Assembly (NCBI GenBank): GCA_028534125.1
Contig: CM052817.1
Location: 38,504,001 to 38,568,000, forward strand
Length of the DNA: 64,000 nt
Source: Lama glama
Lineage: Eukaryota
Reading direction: 5' to 3'
Both the position numbers and the translations under genes were made by a program. This document shows, piece by piece, positions 37,691 to 51,359 of this stretch; position 1 is the stretch's first letter; each line of letters begins with the position of its first letter. The notes under the pieces were generated by a model. The model saw only the letters and a program-made list of their open reading frames with translations. It did not search any database and was not told where the DNA came from.

Positions 37691-38631
37691 TTCTTGGGTT
37701 TTTTTTTTTTTCAATATTTTCTTTTTTTAAAATTTTGGTCCATCTGGGATTTACTTTAATACATGATGTGACGAAAGGGTCTATCTTTGTTTTCTTCCAG
37801 ACAGTGTGCCAGTTAGGACAGCGTCTTTATTAAATAAACTTGAACTGGGATTTTATTTTAAATGTAAAAAAGGGCATACACTATTGGAAATTTTTTAATT
37901 TTTATGTAATTAATGTTTGCTCCCTAGGAGAATCACTGGCCAACAGATCCAGAAGTTTCTTGAAATTTTTTCAACTTATACAATAAAATTATGTCCCAGG
38001 CTTAAATGATGATGATTATCTTTAAGCTTATTGTAATCTAAGATACTTAGAGACAGAAATCATACTTTATTCATTTTATATCCCACTACAACTCATGGAT
38101 TACTTTTCATATATTAAGTATTCAACAATACTTACTTAAATTAACACTATGAAAGTAGAGCATGTATCTAACTTATCCAAAAGAATTCAGGCTATTTTGA
38201 AAAGAAAAGAAGCTCAAACACAACTATACATGTCACCATCGAAGACTAATTTTGTATGTGTGATAACATGTCTCACAGTTACTTACAATTAAATGCACTG
38301 GAACTATGATACACTGTACAGTGAATAAGAACACAGATTCTGGATCAAATTCTAGCTTCTCCACATAACTACTTTTTATATTGAGATTGAAATAAATGTC
38401 CATCTATTTTCTTCTGTCTGATTTTGTTCTGCATGACTGAAACTAATCCCAACTGAGCCTGTAATTAATGAAACAGATAATTACAGGCAAAAAAAAAAGG
38501 ATGTATAGATAAGTTAACCACTGTATATTTGCTTAGGAATGGAATTGTACAATTTTTCACCAATCTGTAAAATGAAGACCAAGGGATCATTGATTATGGA
38601 ATCACTTACTGGAGTTCCACATCAGTATTGT

Positions 38632-39270
38632 GGGTAGCCATATAGTTTATCATCCAAACGTAGACTCTTTGAGAGTGAAAGAGGTTACTAAAGTAATTAA
38701 AGCTGGACAGTTTTTTTTTTAAATATTTACTTATTGACAGACAAATAGCTTTATTTTAAAAATGTATCTCTTGCTAAAAATAATGTATGTGCACAAATGT
38801 TAAAAGAAATGTTTTTAAATCTTCATATTAATTTTCTGAATATTTAAAAATACAATAAGCAGAATAATTAAGTAGTCTTGATATGCATTCACATGTTTTA
38901 ATCAGTTTCTTAGCCATATCTGTCTAATCCTGGGTCATGGTATTTTTCTAACTGATGTAATTTTTTCTAATATGCTTTTACTGATTTGTTTGTTTTACTG
39001 TGTTTTTTTCCCACAAAATTGCCTACAATCATCTTCAAAGTTGCATTTTATAGTCAATAAATTTTAAAATATTAACACTGTCAATGAACTTTTCTGTGTA
39101 GGCATAACATTTTTTAAATTAAAAAATACTCTTTCTACAGACAGTAATATTTTCATTTTGAAATTTGTAAATATTTCAACACAATATTTTCAAAGTATTG
39201 CTCTTTTGCCTACATTCAGGATACATTTCTTCAGTAAATATTTATCTGAGACAAAACTTGTCCAATAAGT
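38632..39270 (-). mobile_element. hAT-Blackjack transposon remnant with transposase C-terminus
   Basis: MER94/Blackjack-type end gggtagccatatagtttatcatccaaac; minus strand SVERVF (hAT dimerisation motif) and NLLTIKCNFEDDCRQF. Confidence 0.7.
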
Positions 39271-40384
39271 CATCTCTGTTTACAGCACATGCATCTCACA
39301 TACCAGTAAAAAGGCCATGGCAGAAGCTTCCAATACAAAATAGAGGTCTAACCCACCCTGGCCTACTTTAATGCAAATGTTAATGATAATACTTAGTTTT
39401 AGTAAAAATGCTAAATCAAATAGGACGTGGAATTGCCAACCATAAAACAGTCCCACACAAGACAAGCTGTGTAGTCTTACTACCTCTATAATGTGCTGCC
39501 TATGATTTCCAATTTGAATTTTTTAAAACAGAATAAAAAATCAAATGTTTGTTAAGTAATCTGAATTGATATTATTTCTACAATTCATGAATTAAAAATT
39601 CAATTTACAATTGTCCTCATAGTATTTCACCCAGCTTAAATTTCTACCTAATTCAGCAAAATACATTTAACAAGTCTTTCCATAGTATTAAGTTCAGTTT
39701 CCACAGGAACAACTACTGTTTTAATACACTCAGATTTTTGTAATATTCAGTTAAAGAATGGAATTTAAAAATACAAGTTTAACCAGCATAAACAGATTTG
39801 GGAATGAATACAATTACCATTGGTCATTATCATGGAATCAGAAGAGCATAAATTCCCAATCGGACATAGAAAATATAAAATCTGAACTATAAGTCTCCCC
39901 TTTAAGAACAAAATTAACTTTAAAGGGAAATCCTGAAGCAATTACTAGATTTTTATTTCAGGAATAGTGAAGTAAATTGCCCCCACTTTGAAATATCTAC
40001 TCTACCTGGTGACATATAAAACTTCTTACTGGTTTTGTTAGGATAACATCAAAGGTTCTGATACAAATTACATGTTGCTATATTCTGTTCAGTCTTATGC
40101 TCTCAACATCTTCTGACAGTGAATGGCTAAGGAGGTTAGAGCCCTCAGATACACGTATTTTATTTTAAAATACAAATCCTAACTCCATACATATATTTCA
40201 CATTTTGTAAAATTGTGGAAATAGCCTACATATATCAGCCTGAATAGTAGGGAAAAAAAGGGAATAGTTCTGAATTTTTGCTCACCCGTACTCAAAATGA
40301 AAATAAACTTTCAGTGAAATAACTAGGTATCTCTTAATTTCTTCTTTCCTGCTTTCTTCTGAGTCTTTATTTCCCAATAGCATA

Positions 40385-40773
40385 AAAACATAACATAATA
40401 TCCATGAGTCCATATCAATATGAATAAACAACTGAACAAATAAATGAATGGGGGAAAATCTCCCATGTAGAAAAATTCCAAATAACATACATAGACACTC
40501 TACCCTCAAGGCAGTGAAGCATAACTTTCCACTCCTGAAGTGTAGACTGCACATAGTAACTTTCTTCAAAGAGTACCACATGGAAGGTGGGATGAAAAAA
40601 GAGCAATTTTACAGGGGAGAAACCTGACAAATAATACCTTAGACACACACTCAAGGTCCACATCAACAGTAATAAGTCATGTTGACAGTAGGTACTCCTG
40701 ATATGATGTAATGAAAATGGCACATTACCTCTGTGGTCTTCCTCCAAAACACCCATCACGCCACTCTAATCTT
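40385..40773 (+). mobile_element. Old LINE-1 3' UTR fragment (L1MC/MD-like)
   Basis: gcataactttccactcctgaagtgtagactgcacatagtaac...gtaataagtcatgttgacag...cctctgtggtcttcctccaaaa. Confidence 0.75.
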
Positions 40774-41379
40774 CCTGTGTAAATAGTTTGGAAAAGTTTC
40801 CATTTTCAATGAGAACAGAGCAAGCTTAATAATAATACATCTCCTCAGAAGCTCACATGGCCCTCCAACAGACAGATCAGTTTATAATTTAGGACATTCA
40901 GATGTATGATTTAGACCTTGTTTCTGAACTGCAAAGTTATTTTCTCCAGGACTGAAGCCAGTACTTCAGGACAGATTCTAAACATTGTCTGTAGCAGAAG
41001 AGATTCTCAGGGGCACAAGTCCAACTTTAAACAACAGATCAAGAAGGTGTGTGTGCGTGTGTGTGTGTGTGATGAACACCATCTACCAGCTTCTAGATGG
41101 CAAGGTCCTTGGGATAAATAAAATAAAGAAAGACTGTTCTAGTGAAGATTTCTGCACCTACTACTCTTCTCAGGCCATGTTTCAAGAGATCCAGACAGCT
41201 GAGACTAAAGCCTTTTTTGAGATCCATTAAAACCACTTGGGGTTTTATTATTGTGTTAGGTTTTTCCTGTGGGAAGAAATGGTAGAGGAACAGTGCTTTC
41301 CCAGACATGGGTGATGATGGTGGTAGTGGTGGTGGTGACAATGATGCTTGATGATGATAATAGACCACAACATCAAGCC

Positions 41380-41580
41380 AGTAGTAATACCCTTTAGTCA
41401 AGAATATTTTTGTCCCAAGTACTGTACTACGTACTTTACATTTAGCATCCCATTTAACACAACAAAACTGTGAGGAAAACATTCTCATCTTAAATATGAA
41501 AAAAACTGAAATGCAAAGTAACAGTTAAAACCCATACTAACAATAAGTGATTTGAATATCTGGGCCTTTTCTACTGTATG
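41380..41580 (-). mobile_element. MIR
   Basis: actgtactacgtactttaca..catttaa..aactgtgagg..atgaaaaaaactga. Confidence 0.55.
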
Positions 41581-41699
41581 GTACAGCCTCTGGAGAATAT
41601 CAACTTATTTCTGACATATGAGTAAGCCATGAATCAATGAGTAGCATACATGCATTAAAATGCATTGATCTTACCAGTACCTGGAGCAAAATGGGCGGG

Positions 41700-42700
41700 T
41701 TGGGGGCAATGTATTCTTCTTATATGGGCCAGGTGGCGGAGAAGCTAACCCTTGGATAATAACTAAAAATATAGTTGCTAACTCATTGTTACCTCCTCAA
41801 AAGTTTTTACTGGAAGTCATGCAGAAAAAGTGAACTGAAATCCCAGACATGAGAAATCATCTCATGTCAATTTATATTGTAAAAGTCAGACAAGAACACT
41901 GATGATAAGGATCTTTCTCTTTGATCCCTAATCCTGATGATGTCATTAAGGACATTGTCAGGCTTAACGGGGATATTTCACTTGAGATTTCACAGTTATC
42001 AAAGAATAAGCATGACTGGAATTAGTTAGAACTAGGGCAGTAATCACTGCTGCAAGAGTGATGAGCTCTTTTAACTATTTCAGAGGTGGGACTGGAAAGC
42101 TAAAGAAGAGATGACTAGAATCAATACTGAGTAGACTCTGACTGGACCAAGTGATAGGAAATGATGATCAGCCTGAGAAAAAGTACCACAAACTAAAGAA
42201 AAACTTGAAAAAAAATTATACAAATACAGATAGAGAAAATTCCAAACTACACATGTTTATAGATCGTTGATGCTAAGAGACATAATAACTGGAAACACTG
42301 GGTGTCAAATATCATCAAAGTTGTGCATGGGAAACATTGTATATTTCTCACTGTTCTTCAAGTATCAAGTATGTCACACGCAGTGAAATTAGTATTCTCT
42401 CTAGTCTTATAAAAATATGTAGGGAATTTAAGGAAAAGCTCTTCAAAATGCTTCAAACTGCAGTCCTCAAGAAATTTCTTCATAGCATTTCAGTGCATCT
42501 TTGAACAGAATATGATGCAGTCTTTGTAATTTTATGGAACTCATAAAAGAGCTTTGAAATGTAAATTGTGCCTTGGTTGTGATAGCAGACTTGTATTCAC
42601 TTTTAGAATATTACACTCAATGGTAGCATGACAGCCACCATCCTAAGACCTTGTTGTGAATGTTTCCATAAACAATCCATTTCAGATTTGTTTTCTCATT
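41700..42700 (+). pseudogene. Decayed Crypton-like YR exon, unit 17 (near full length)
   Basis: QKFLLEVMQKK*TE..HLMSI (41798), DKDLSL*SLILMMSLRTL, KYVGNLRKSSSKCFKLQSSRNF (42413), HSMVA/TATIL. Confidence 0.6.
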
Positions 42701-42979
42701 AAGAGAAGGGAATTGAAAGGCAGCAACTGTAAGAGTCTTGTTCTGATGATAAGTGGAACATTTATTAAAGCCATTCTAGAAGTAGGATAGCATTAAAAAA
42801 AAAAAGAAAAAATTAATAACTTACGGAGAAAATCCACCCCAACCTAATTTTTGAGAGAAAATTGGGATTACCTGTTGTATCATTATATTAATCTTATAAA
42901 AATAAATAACTGAGGATTCTAAGAGATTATATTAAGTAGCACCACTGATTTTAATAATTATAGTATAATAGAAAATATT

Positions 42980-43100
42980 TATTTTGTTTAACACATCTAG
43001 GGTAAGTAACTTGCTCAAGATCTCACAGCTATTAATTAGCAGACTCAGATCCAACCCCAAGTAGCCAGGTCCCAGAGCCTGTGGCTGTAAACACTACGCT
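42980..43100 (-). mobile_element. MIR fragment
   Basis: taagtaacttgctcaagatctcacagcta..gcagactcagatccaacccca..cccagagcctg. Confidence 0.75.
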
Positions 43101-43429
43101 GTTTCTAGAATAGAATACCTCTGAATTTCAGGGAATGAAAGATTTCCAGGACCTCCCCCTCCCCTGCACCCCGAGGTGTTCTGGGGCTGGATTCCTAGTT
43201 TCCTATAAGGAAACCCTGCTTGTTTTAAGTGTGGAATTGTCAAATATTCCCTGAAATACTCAGATTGATTTTGAGGCTCTCACAGAGAGGACAGGAGTGG
43301 AGAGCATACATAGTCTAACCCCTGTTAGGACTAAGAGTTATCTACTGGATTTTCACCCTTATTTTGGTTCTTCATTAAAAAGTAATAGCAAATTAATATA
43401 AAATAGATGTAAAAAACAAGTTAAGTAGG

Positions 43430-43800
43430 ATTTGAATAGGTAACACCTGTGGCTGAATCTGGTCCAATGCTCCAATATTTAAGGCTACAATCTATTTAGC
43501 CCTTATTTCAGGCACACCTGAGAAGTTTTTTCTGTATTTCCTCGGCAATACAAAAGGGAAAGTATTTCATAATTGACCATGTCACACAGTGGACTGGGAT
43601 GAGGTCTGCAGGGCTGGAGCGGGCAGAGAGCCCTTGAACTCTTGCCGGATAGTCCTGTATCTGGAATTTTCCTCTAAAGTGGGTGGTAACAGGTGAAGCT
43701 GGACAGAAGGCAACAAATATGATGCCTACAGGCCAAGGGGCAATTACTCAAATATATCATCTCTCTTCTCAAACTTAGATAATCAGCACTTAGTATATCT
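43430..43800 (+). pseudogene. Decayed DUF3504 exon, unit 18 (N-terminal half)
   Basis: AHLRSFF (43512) and GLER (43611) in one frame (cf. AYLASFF...GLER), IVLYLEFSS, LDRRQ..AKG. Confidence 0.6.
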
Positions 43801-44637
43801 CATCTTCAACCACATGAAGTCTAAAGATCTGAGGGTGATGATATTCTGAGTCTTTGTGGGAAGAAAACAGTGATGACATAACAAATGAGAAAAAGTCCCC
43901 TTGCGTCTTTTTTTTGATAAATGTAATTAAATGTGGTAATTTTTCAAAGTTATAGCTACTATAAATATACTTCTCATTCAAAATTAAAATTTGTGTGTAT
44001 TTATATATTAGTGAATACTTTCCCTTTGAGAAATTACCCTAAGATATAGTTTCAGTTTATATAAGTTTCATCTCTTCTGATAAATCAGCACTTTTCAACA
44101 GTTCGTGAAGAAACTTAGGTTTAAGAGATTGCCTAGAATCAAAAGTTTCCGTATCACATCTTTAACACACTTTACCTTGTCAGGTAACTCAAAGCCCTGA
44201 AGAGTCACTTTTTTTTGCCAGCTGATTCTCCATTCTTCTATTTTCACAAAAACATTTTAAAAAATGACTAATTTGTGCCAGCTCCCTTCAAAATCTTCCA
44301 ACAGAGGCATCTAAATACTGCCAAATTAAAACCTAAAAGCTTTATTATTTTATGGAGAAAATATCATCATCTAGATGAAGAAATCTTTTTTTTTTTTTTA
44401 AGGACCTGTATTTCTCACTGGCCCCTAAAGGGAGGTCTTCTCTGGTAGCAAAGCCATCGATTCCAATAGACTGAAAGACAGACACAGTCCGAGTTAAAGG
44501 GCCAGTGCAGAGGACAGGAGCGCAGACATGCACCTAGCCTCCCTCACAGGTTGAATAAGAAAGCTGAAAGGCCTGTCAAAGGCAAGCTTTAAGGTAAAAC
44601 AAAGAAACCAAAGTCTCCCTCACTCTATGTTCTATAA

Positions 44638-45300
44638 TGAAGTAATTAGGTGTAAGATATTAAAATCATGACACTAAGAGAAGCAAAGCACTATTTTGAG
44701 GTTATCTTCCTTTCAGTTCAGATGGAAAATTAAGATCACTTCCAATTCAAAGTTCTAAACACTAAATCCGGGTATGCCCTGTTGTGACCTCGCTTCCTTG
44801 ATTAAAGACAAACTCAGCAATCGATGGAAAGAATCCACACTACATTGGAACAGCAAACCACACAAAATGGTTGTCCCCATAAAAAAGCCAGTAGCTTTGC
44901 ATTTGATTTTTCCATCTTGGCTTATTTCCAGCTGTTCAGAATTTGGATTCCCAAAGTCTTCTTCAGCAGTTAACTAATTCTTTGTTGGTAGAAGGGTCTG
45001 TGACTGTTTCTCCACACATAAAGGATGATCTTTGTCACAAATCAGTGTTATAATGAAAGAGCAGCTAAGATACATTGTCACATCTTCCCCAACCTCCAAA
45101 TCTTTGTTGGTGATAGAGAAGTCATCCCCATACAAGCAAGGACAGAAATACATCTCTGAGTCCTCATCATGTTGGAATTCCTCAATCTCCACCTCGTCGT
45201 GAAACACTGCCATCAACACTGAGGCCGACAAAGGGCTGTCACTCCCTCCCACCCCCTGAGTGACACCACCCGGTTGGTCTGACCACCCCAGAAGGGGCCA
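44638..45300 (-). pseudogene. DPH3: Processed pseudogene of diphthamide biosynthesis protein 3 (CDS-homologous 45213-44963 plus UTRs)
   Basis: [45 protein letters not shown]... is clearly DPH3. It is intronless, CPC->CLY and CPSC->YLSC lose two metal ligands, and a frameshift precedes [19 protein letters not shown]. Confidence 0.97.
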
Positions 45301-46035
45301 AGCGATAAGGTATAAATTTAAACAGAGCTATGAATGACTGAATAGCTGTAGAAACTAAGAATTACACAATCATCCATTCACTATTTACATTTTTAAAAAA
45401 TATTTTGCTAAGCTGCAAATGTTACAAGAAAGCTTTCACTTTATTAACAAACATGTATAAGGCAAAATACATCTGGCTTTCCATGTTTCTGGCAGTAAAG
45501 CCAAAACAATTAATTAAGAACAACTAAGAAAACTTCATGGTTTAAAATTATGTATACTCATAAAGAGCAAAGTCAAGTCACCTCTCCCTGAAATTGAAAT
45601 CTCATATTAATAATTTAGTTCAGGACCAGTCATCCTTACTCCTTTTCTCATATACTGTTGCTAAATCATGCTGTCTTCACCTTTTATTTCAGCTAGTTAA
45701 TCTTTTGGACACTGGTTGTGACCTTAAAATTAACCCAATTAAATTTAATTTTGTATGATTTGGCCCATCATTCTAGCTTGCCCTCATTCTTTGCAATGCT
45801 GGCTCTGCCATCCAACTGTGGGATCTCCCCTTTAGCTTTGGACCATGCATAGGCTTGTGTGCATATTCTGACAGTGTGCCTTTCATTTGTGCACTAGGAC
45901 TGGGTTCCTTGGAACTACAGAAACAAAATGCAGATGTCATCAGAATAGAACTTACAAAGTGTAACTATTAAATAATGCTTTGAGTACTGGCAATGTAATT
46001 AGAATATTTGTATAGCTTCTCAAGATTTGTGCTTT

Positions 46036-46164
46036 CATTTTTTTCTCCAAGCTTTATTGAGATACTATAGAAAAATAACTTTGTATAAGTTTAGGGGTGT
46101 ACAACATGATAATTTGATGTACAAATATACTGTGAGATGATTAGCACAATAAGATTAGTTAACA
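46036..46164 (-). mobile_element. Short LINE-1 3' end with 15-bp TSD
   Basis: TSD caagatttgtgcttt at 46021-46035 and 46165-46179. Confidence 0.88.
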
Positions 46165-46179
46165 CAAGATTTGTGCTTT

Positions 46180-46420
46180 TCAATGCATTTATTCTGGCAA
46201 GTTTGCTTTAAAGTTATTTAAGCTAACATATCTGCCTCATTTATTGATATGCCAGTCAGCCAATGTATCATCAAGAGACAGTCTACTCAGGATGGTATAG
46301 TAACTGTGAAGTCTAATAATAGGTTAGTAAAAAATTAATAAATAAATGATAAGAGAGCCCAGCCTCAGTGGTAACAAAGGCCATTAATACCTGGAATCAG
46401 CTCAAGAGGTGAAACCAGAG
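46180..46420 (+). pseudogene. Decayed DUF3504 C-terminal remnant, unit 19
   Basis: LKLFKLTYL, GWYSNCEV (46290), MIREPSLSGNKGH. Confidence 0.4.
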
Positions 46421-46929
46421 CACTGACTGTGAGCTCACAGCCATCAGGGAGGGTACACTGCACATTCAACACGAAGGCAGGCTCAGAGGGGACACAGCTA
46501 ATGCAGGAAGGTCTTCACAAGAGAGTCTTAGCTAAGGAGATGAAAGCAGAAACGCGAAGTAAGAGAGGAATTAGAGCTGAAGACTGGGCAGGATGATCAA
46601 AGAAAGAACCAGACAGAATGTGTGAGCCATCCTGAATTCCTGTGATATAAACAGGCAGTTGTTAGGGAATCTAATCCATCAAAACTAATTAAGAAAAACA
46701 GCAGAGTATTTTCAGGCCACCAGCTCTTTAATACATGTTCAGTAATTTATCTGAAAAGTGAAGACTTGATCTTACACTGGATATGACCTACAAGAGCCCT
46801 CAGCGGGTGGAGAATGTTGTAGGCTCTCAAAGTCCCAGCAGTGTCAGCTGAACATAGGCAGCAGGGTCACCTGGTACAAACATACCACTAAGTTCATACC
46901 TTCAGCTGAGTGGCTCCTAACACACAATT

Positions 46930-47157
46930 TTTAGTTTAAAAAACAAGTGGTGTTAATTTCAATATTTTATTTAATTTTCTATATCTAAAAAGTATTACTT
47001 AAACATACAATCAATATAAATATGATATTTTACATTTTTTCATACTGTGTTAAAATGCTGTGTGTATTTATGCTGTTAGCCCCTACCAGTTTGGACTAGC
47101 CACATTTCATATGCTAAATACCAACATGTGGCTCATAGCTACAACTGGACAGTGCAG
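46930..47157. mobile_element. MER3/MER33-type hAT-Charlie MITE
   Basis: tttggactagccacatttca..acatgtggct..gctacaactggacagtgcag terminal motif. Confidence 0.75.
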
Positions 47158-48384
47158 AGCTAACATGTCTATTATATTCTTCAATTGATATGTGAGAAAA
47201 CAAAAATAATGACAAATAATTTTTGAAAATCACATTACAGTCTAAGAATTGTAATCTCCTCAGATCCAAAACAATAACTTATGGTGTCGGTATGACAAAT
47301 ATAACCTCTAGCTGACAAGTTAGAGAAATAATAACTTAACATCTTCATAAGTTAGGACCACAATCATAGTAATAAAAGTGAACCCAAATTTTCTTCTATT
47401 GAGAAATTAGGCTGCCTCAGAATGATTAAATAAATTACCAAAGGCTAGCTAGCATGTCAACTGCAGAATATGAGTTAAAATCTGGGCCACTTTTCTCCCA
47501 AATCAATGCTCTCATGACTACAACAATAATGCAGAGGCCCTCAGGCTTACATATACAAATACCTGAAGGCTCTCTTTCCCTGCAATTGGTCTGAAAGTCA
47601 ACAGTAATCACATTACTAAACTTTGGGTTCTTCCTTGAACTACTGACCAAGGGCTATTCAAAGGTGTGATGTAATTCTTCAACCCTCTCTTCTCACTTTT
47701 GTGACATAATTGTCACAGGAGTGTTTTAATGGGTTCTTACTATTTTTATGGCAAGAAGAGGCACCTTCAATTTGTAGAGGTAAGATTTGACACAAATTAT
47801 TAAAAGTATCTTTTTTGGTAGTAACATGCACATGACTAAGCATAATGTGATCCCATTTTATAAAATAATCAATGACAAAGTATTCCTCTATAATTATATT
47901 TTTGAATAAATATAACATATATGTAGCATACGCTTTATAATTGTAATAGCTTGCAGAAGACAACACAGCAGGTTATTACCTTCGGGTTGGAAGGACTATG
48001 TGGTAGAGGGTAAGGAACAAGTACAAAAGACAGAGGCAAATGCAAAGTGAGAAAGGGAAAAAAAACTGCATCTATAATATGACTCTGCTTATGTAAAATA
48101 CAGGTTTATATATATGCATACAGATACATACGTATGTTGTATGCATACATATATATACTACATATACACGCAAATATATGTATTTTTAAATGATCTCTTT
48201 ACAGTCATGTCATATGAATAGTTTATAGCTGATAGCTATGTACCAAGATGATTGATTAGCTTTTAAAATCTGAAGCAGAGACTTGACAATTTGATTGCTA
48301 GGATTTTAGGAATATAATTTTTTTAATATATACCATATAATTCAATAACTATTCTGAAAGATTTGACAGACTGAAATAGCAATC

Positions 48385-50400
48385 AGGAGAATATTTATTG
48401 ATCCTTCACTGCGTGCCAGGTACTGGGGCCAGGGTTACAACAGCGAACACGACCACGTCTCTTTCCTCAAAGAGTTTACATTCTAATGTGGGGGAGCAGA
48501 CAGTAAGTAAACATAGAAAATTTAATTACGATAATTTCAGAAACTTTTAAATGAGCTGAGTAAACATAGTGACAATTTGGTCTAGGTTTGTACCACTGAA
48601 AATAATGAGATGTGGTCAGATTCAGAATATAGCTTGGAAATACAGGCAATTGGACTTGCTGGTGGATTTGATGTGGGCGATGAAGGGAAGAGAAGATTTA
48701 AGAATAATCTCCATGTTTTTGGCCTGAACAACCATTGAGTGGATGATACAATTTACTGATATGTGGAAGGACTGAGAGAGGACAGTTTCTTTTTATTTTG
48801 TGAGAAAATCAAGAGTTCTGTCTTAACCTAGTTAGGTTAGAGAAGTTTAAAAGACACCCAAGTAAAAATGTTGAGGAGGCAGTCAGATGTATGAGTCCAA
48901 TGCTCTGGACAGAGTTCAGGGTGGAGATGAAAATTTGGGAGCCATTAGCACTTAGATGCAATGCAATAAACAGGCTATCCTGAGAAATGTGTCGCCAGAG
49001 TAGACTGGAGGGCTGAAAAAATTAACTCTGGGGCACTCTAACATTTAGAGATGTGCTAAAGAAATGGAGATGACAAACCTAAGAACAATTTGAGAAAGCA
49101 AACTGACCAAGAACACAAGCCAAGAGCAACAGATGAGGAAGGCAGAGTATGTGGCTATAAAGACAGGCAGGTGGTAGAAAAATTAGATATATCTTGTTGA
49201 TCGCATTTATTTTTCTCTAGGAAAGATAAGGCCAATTCATCAATTGAGAGTAAGAAAAAATAAAGAGTATTTTGAGGTTGGAGAGGAGAAGAGAAGGTGT
49301 CAAACAGTCATCTAATAAGGATGAAGGGGAATTAACTAGAAAAGGAAAATAGGATTTTCTGATAGTGTTCAGTGCTTTTGAGATCTGGGGTTATAACTCT
49401 GAAGTGAGGCTGGCCAGCATCACAGTGTGACTGTTATCCAGCGCTGTTTAGCTGCTGTCGTATGGGGCCAGGGTGCTCAAGTAACTGGGCTTAAGGAGGG
49501 CTGAAGTTTGGTCAAGTGCACACAATAGAGGGGGTCAGGAAGTCAAGAGAGTCAAAGATGTGAGCAAGGGAATGGTGTGTTGTCAAGCACGGGCTCTAAG
49601 TTGGGTAAAAGGGGGAGGAAGGACATTAAGGGTTACAAACAGCAAAAATGTGGAGACTCCGTTGATATGAAGTCTTTAAGAGGTAGAATTACCAAAGTAG
49701 GGGTACAAGAGTTGAGAGTTAGTAAGTTGGGAGGTAAAGTCAGAGAGGAAAGTGGGGCTTGGAGGTGGTGCAGTTAGCGGTGATACCCGGTGTGGATATA
49801 AAAATATGCAGGAGTCAGGAAGTTAGAGAGGAGGGAGACATTTCCAGAGCTAAGAAAGTCCAAAGCAGCTGAGCACAGCAACAAGAGCAGTGGAAGAGAC
49901 ACAGGAGTGAGCCGCGGAGAGGAAGCAGCTGCATGGGAGGTAGCCGTAAAATCTGAAGTCTCGAGCTACAGAAGAACCAGGGGTTCACAAGGAGTGAGAT
50001 AGGAAGGTTTGTAGGCAGTGAAGAAGAGTAAGAGGCCATCTCTTCACTTCCAGGCCCTGCCGATCACACTGAGTATGAGAGAAAACACAGCTGCCCCTGG
50101 AGTGACTGCAAAGGAAGTGGCGTTGGTACAAGCTAGTGTCACTTGAACAAGTAGGTGACAGGAAGAATCAGACAAGAGCTAGAGGATGATGTGCAGTTTC
50201 CAGACAACAGACTCTGGGTTCCTGAGGGCCGAGTGGGAGATTCAGATGAGCAGGAGAGGCACGAGAGGGCACGAGACCAGGGTATATCCTGAGGAATAAG
50301 AGGAGAACTGTTTTGAAATGATGAATAATCTGGGAGGCCTCATCTTTTAATGGTAAAACTTAAGATAAGCAGGGATGGAAGGCTTGAGGGAACTGGCCCT
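48385..50400 (-). mobile_element. LINE-2 (long fragment)
   Basis: atatttattga..ctgcgtgccaggtactg (L2 3' end), ggatttgatgtggg, gtttttggcctgaaca, agacacccaagt..gaggaggcagtcagat and continuing purine-rich antisense L2. Confidence 0.75.
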
Positions 50401-50744
50401 GAGGCTCTGGGAGCCCTCAGCTCCACAGGGAGAGACACTGGCTTCCAGAACACTCGGGTTCCCGCCCACAGCTCGGGATGTAAAGTCATGCCTTCAGGTT
50501 CTGGCTGTCCTTCTGTAGTAAGTGCTGTCTTCTCCTCATCAAAAGAGCCAAGGACTAGGTTGAAAACTAAACAAGGCACTAACCCAGGGCCTGAGAGGCT
50601 GAACTAGATGTAAGGAAATATTCATGTACTCCCTCCAGCACGTGCCTATTATGACCAACTTGTTGCTAATTTCCTGGACATTGATTACTGCTTTTATGTA
50701 AAATCCTTACATTCTCAAATGCAAAAATACGTACCAGAAACCTG

Positions 50745-50910
50745 GGGGTGGGTATAGCTTAGGGGGAGGGTATAGCTCAGTGGCAGAGTGTGTGCCTAGC
50801 ATGCACAAGATCCTGGGTTCAATCCCCAGTACTTCCATTAAAATAAATAAGTCAATAAATAAACCTAATTACCTCCCCCCACCAAAAATCAAACAAACAA
50901 ACAAACAAAA
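50745..50910 (+). mobile_element. Vic-1-like SINE with duplicated 5' head
   Basis: ggggagggtatagctcagtggcagagtgtgtgcctagcatgcacaagatcctgggttcaatccccagtac; an 18-nt head copy sits at 50745-50762. Confidence 0.92.
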
Positions 50911-51359
50911 TACTTGGAATAGTGTTTACAAGAGCACCAGAGCAGCCTCACTGGGACAAAAGACAAAAGGAAAATACTAAAAAAAAAAAAAAAAATTTTT
51001 AAATTTGAAAAGGAGGCAAAAAAAAAAGAGTAAGTGACAGAAAGAAAAGGAAATAGAGAAAGATATAAAATGCATATTTTGATTAAGTAAATAATTTCCT
51101 TTCATAAAAAAATTAAATTGATCATTAGTTCTATGTATTTTAAATGACACGATGAGAGCTCCTATATTTACGTGAAACAAATTAGTTTTCCAAATATAAA
51201 GGTCACTCATTTCAATAGCTGAATTTTCTGACTTCTTCCAATTATCAGAGCAATGCATGTGGAAAATAAATAATAAAGTCCCGTTATGGTAATGCTATAA
51301 CGTATTACAGGAAAAGAGAGAAAGAAGTCTCTTGGGAAAGTCAAGCAGCCTAATTAAAT

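Noticed and set aside
50763..50835. tRNA gene
   Set aside because: The tRNA-like head continues into a SINE body and A-rich tail shared with two other copies.
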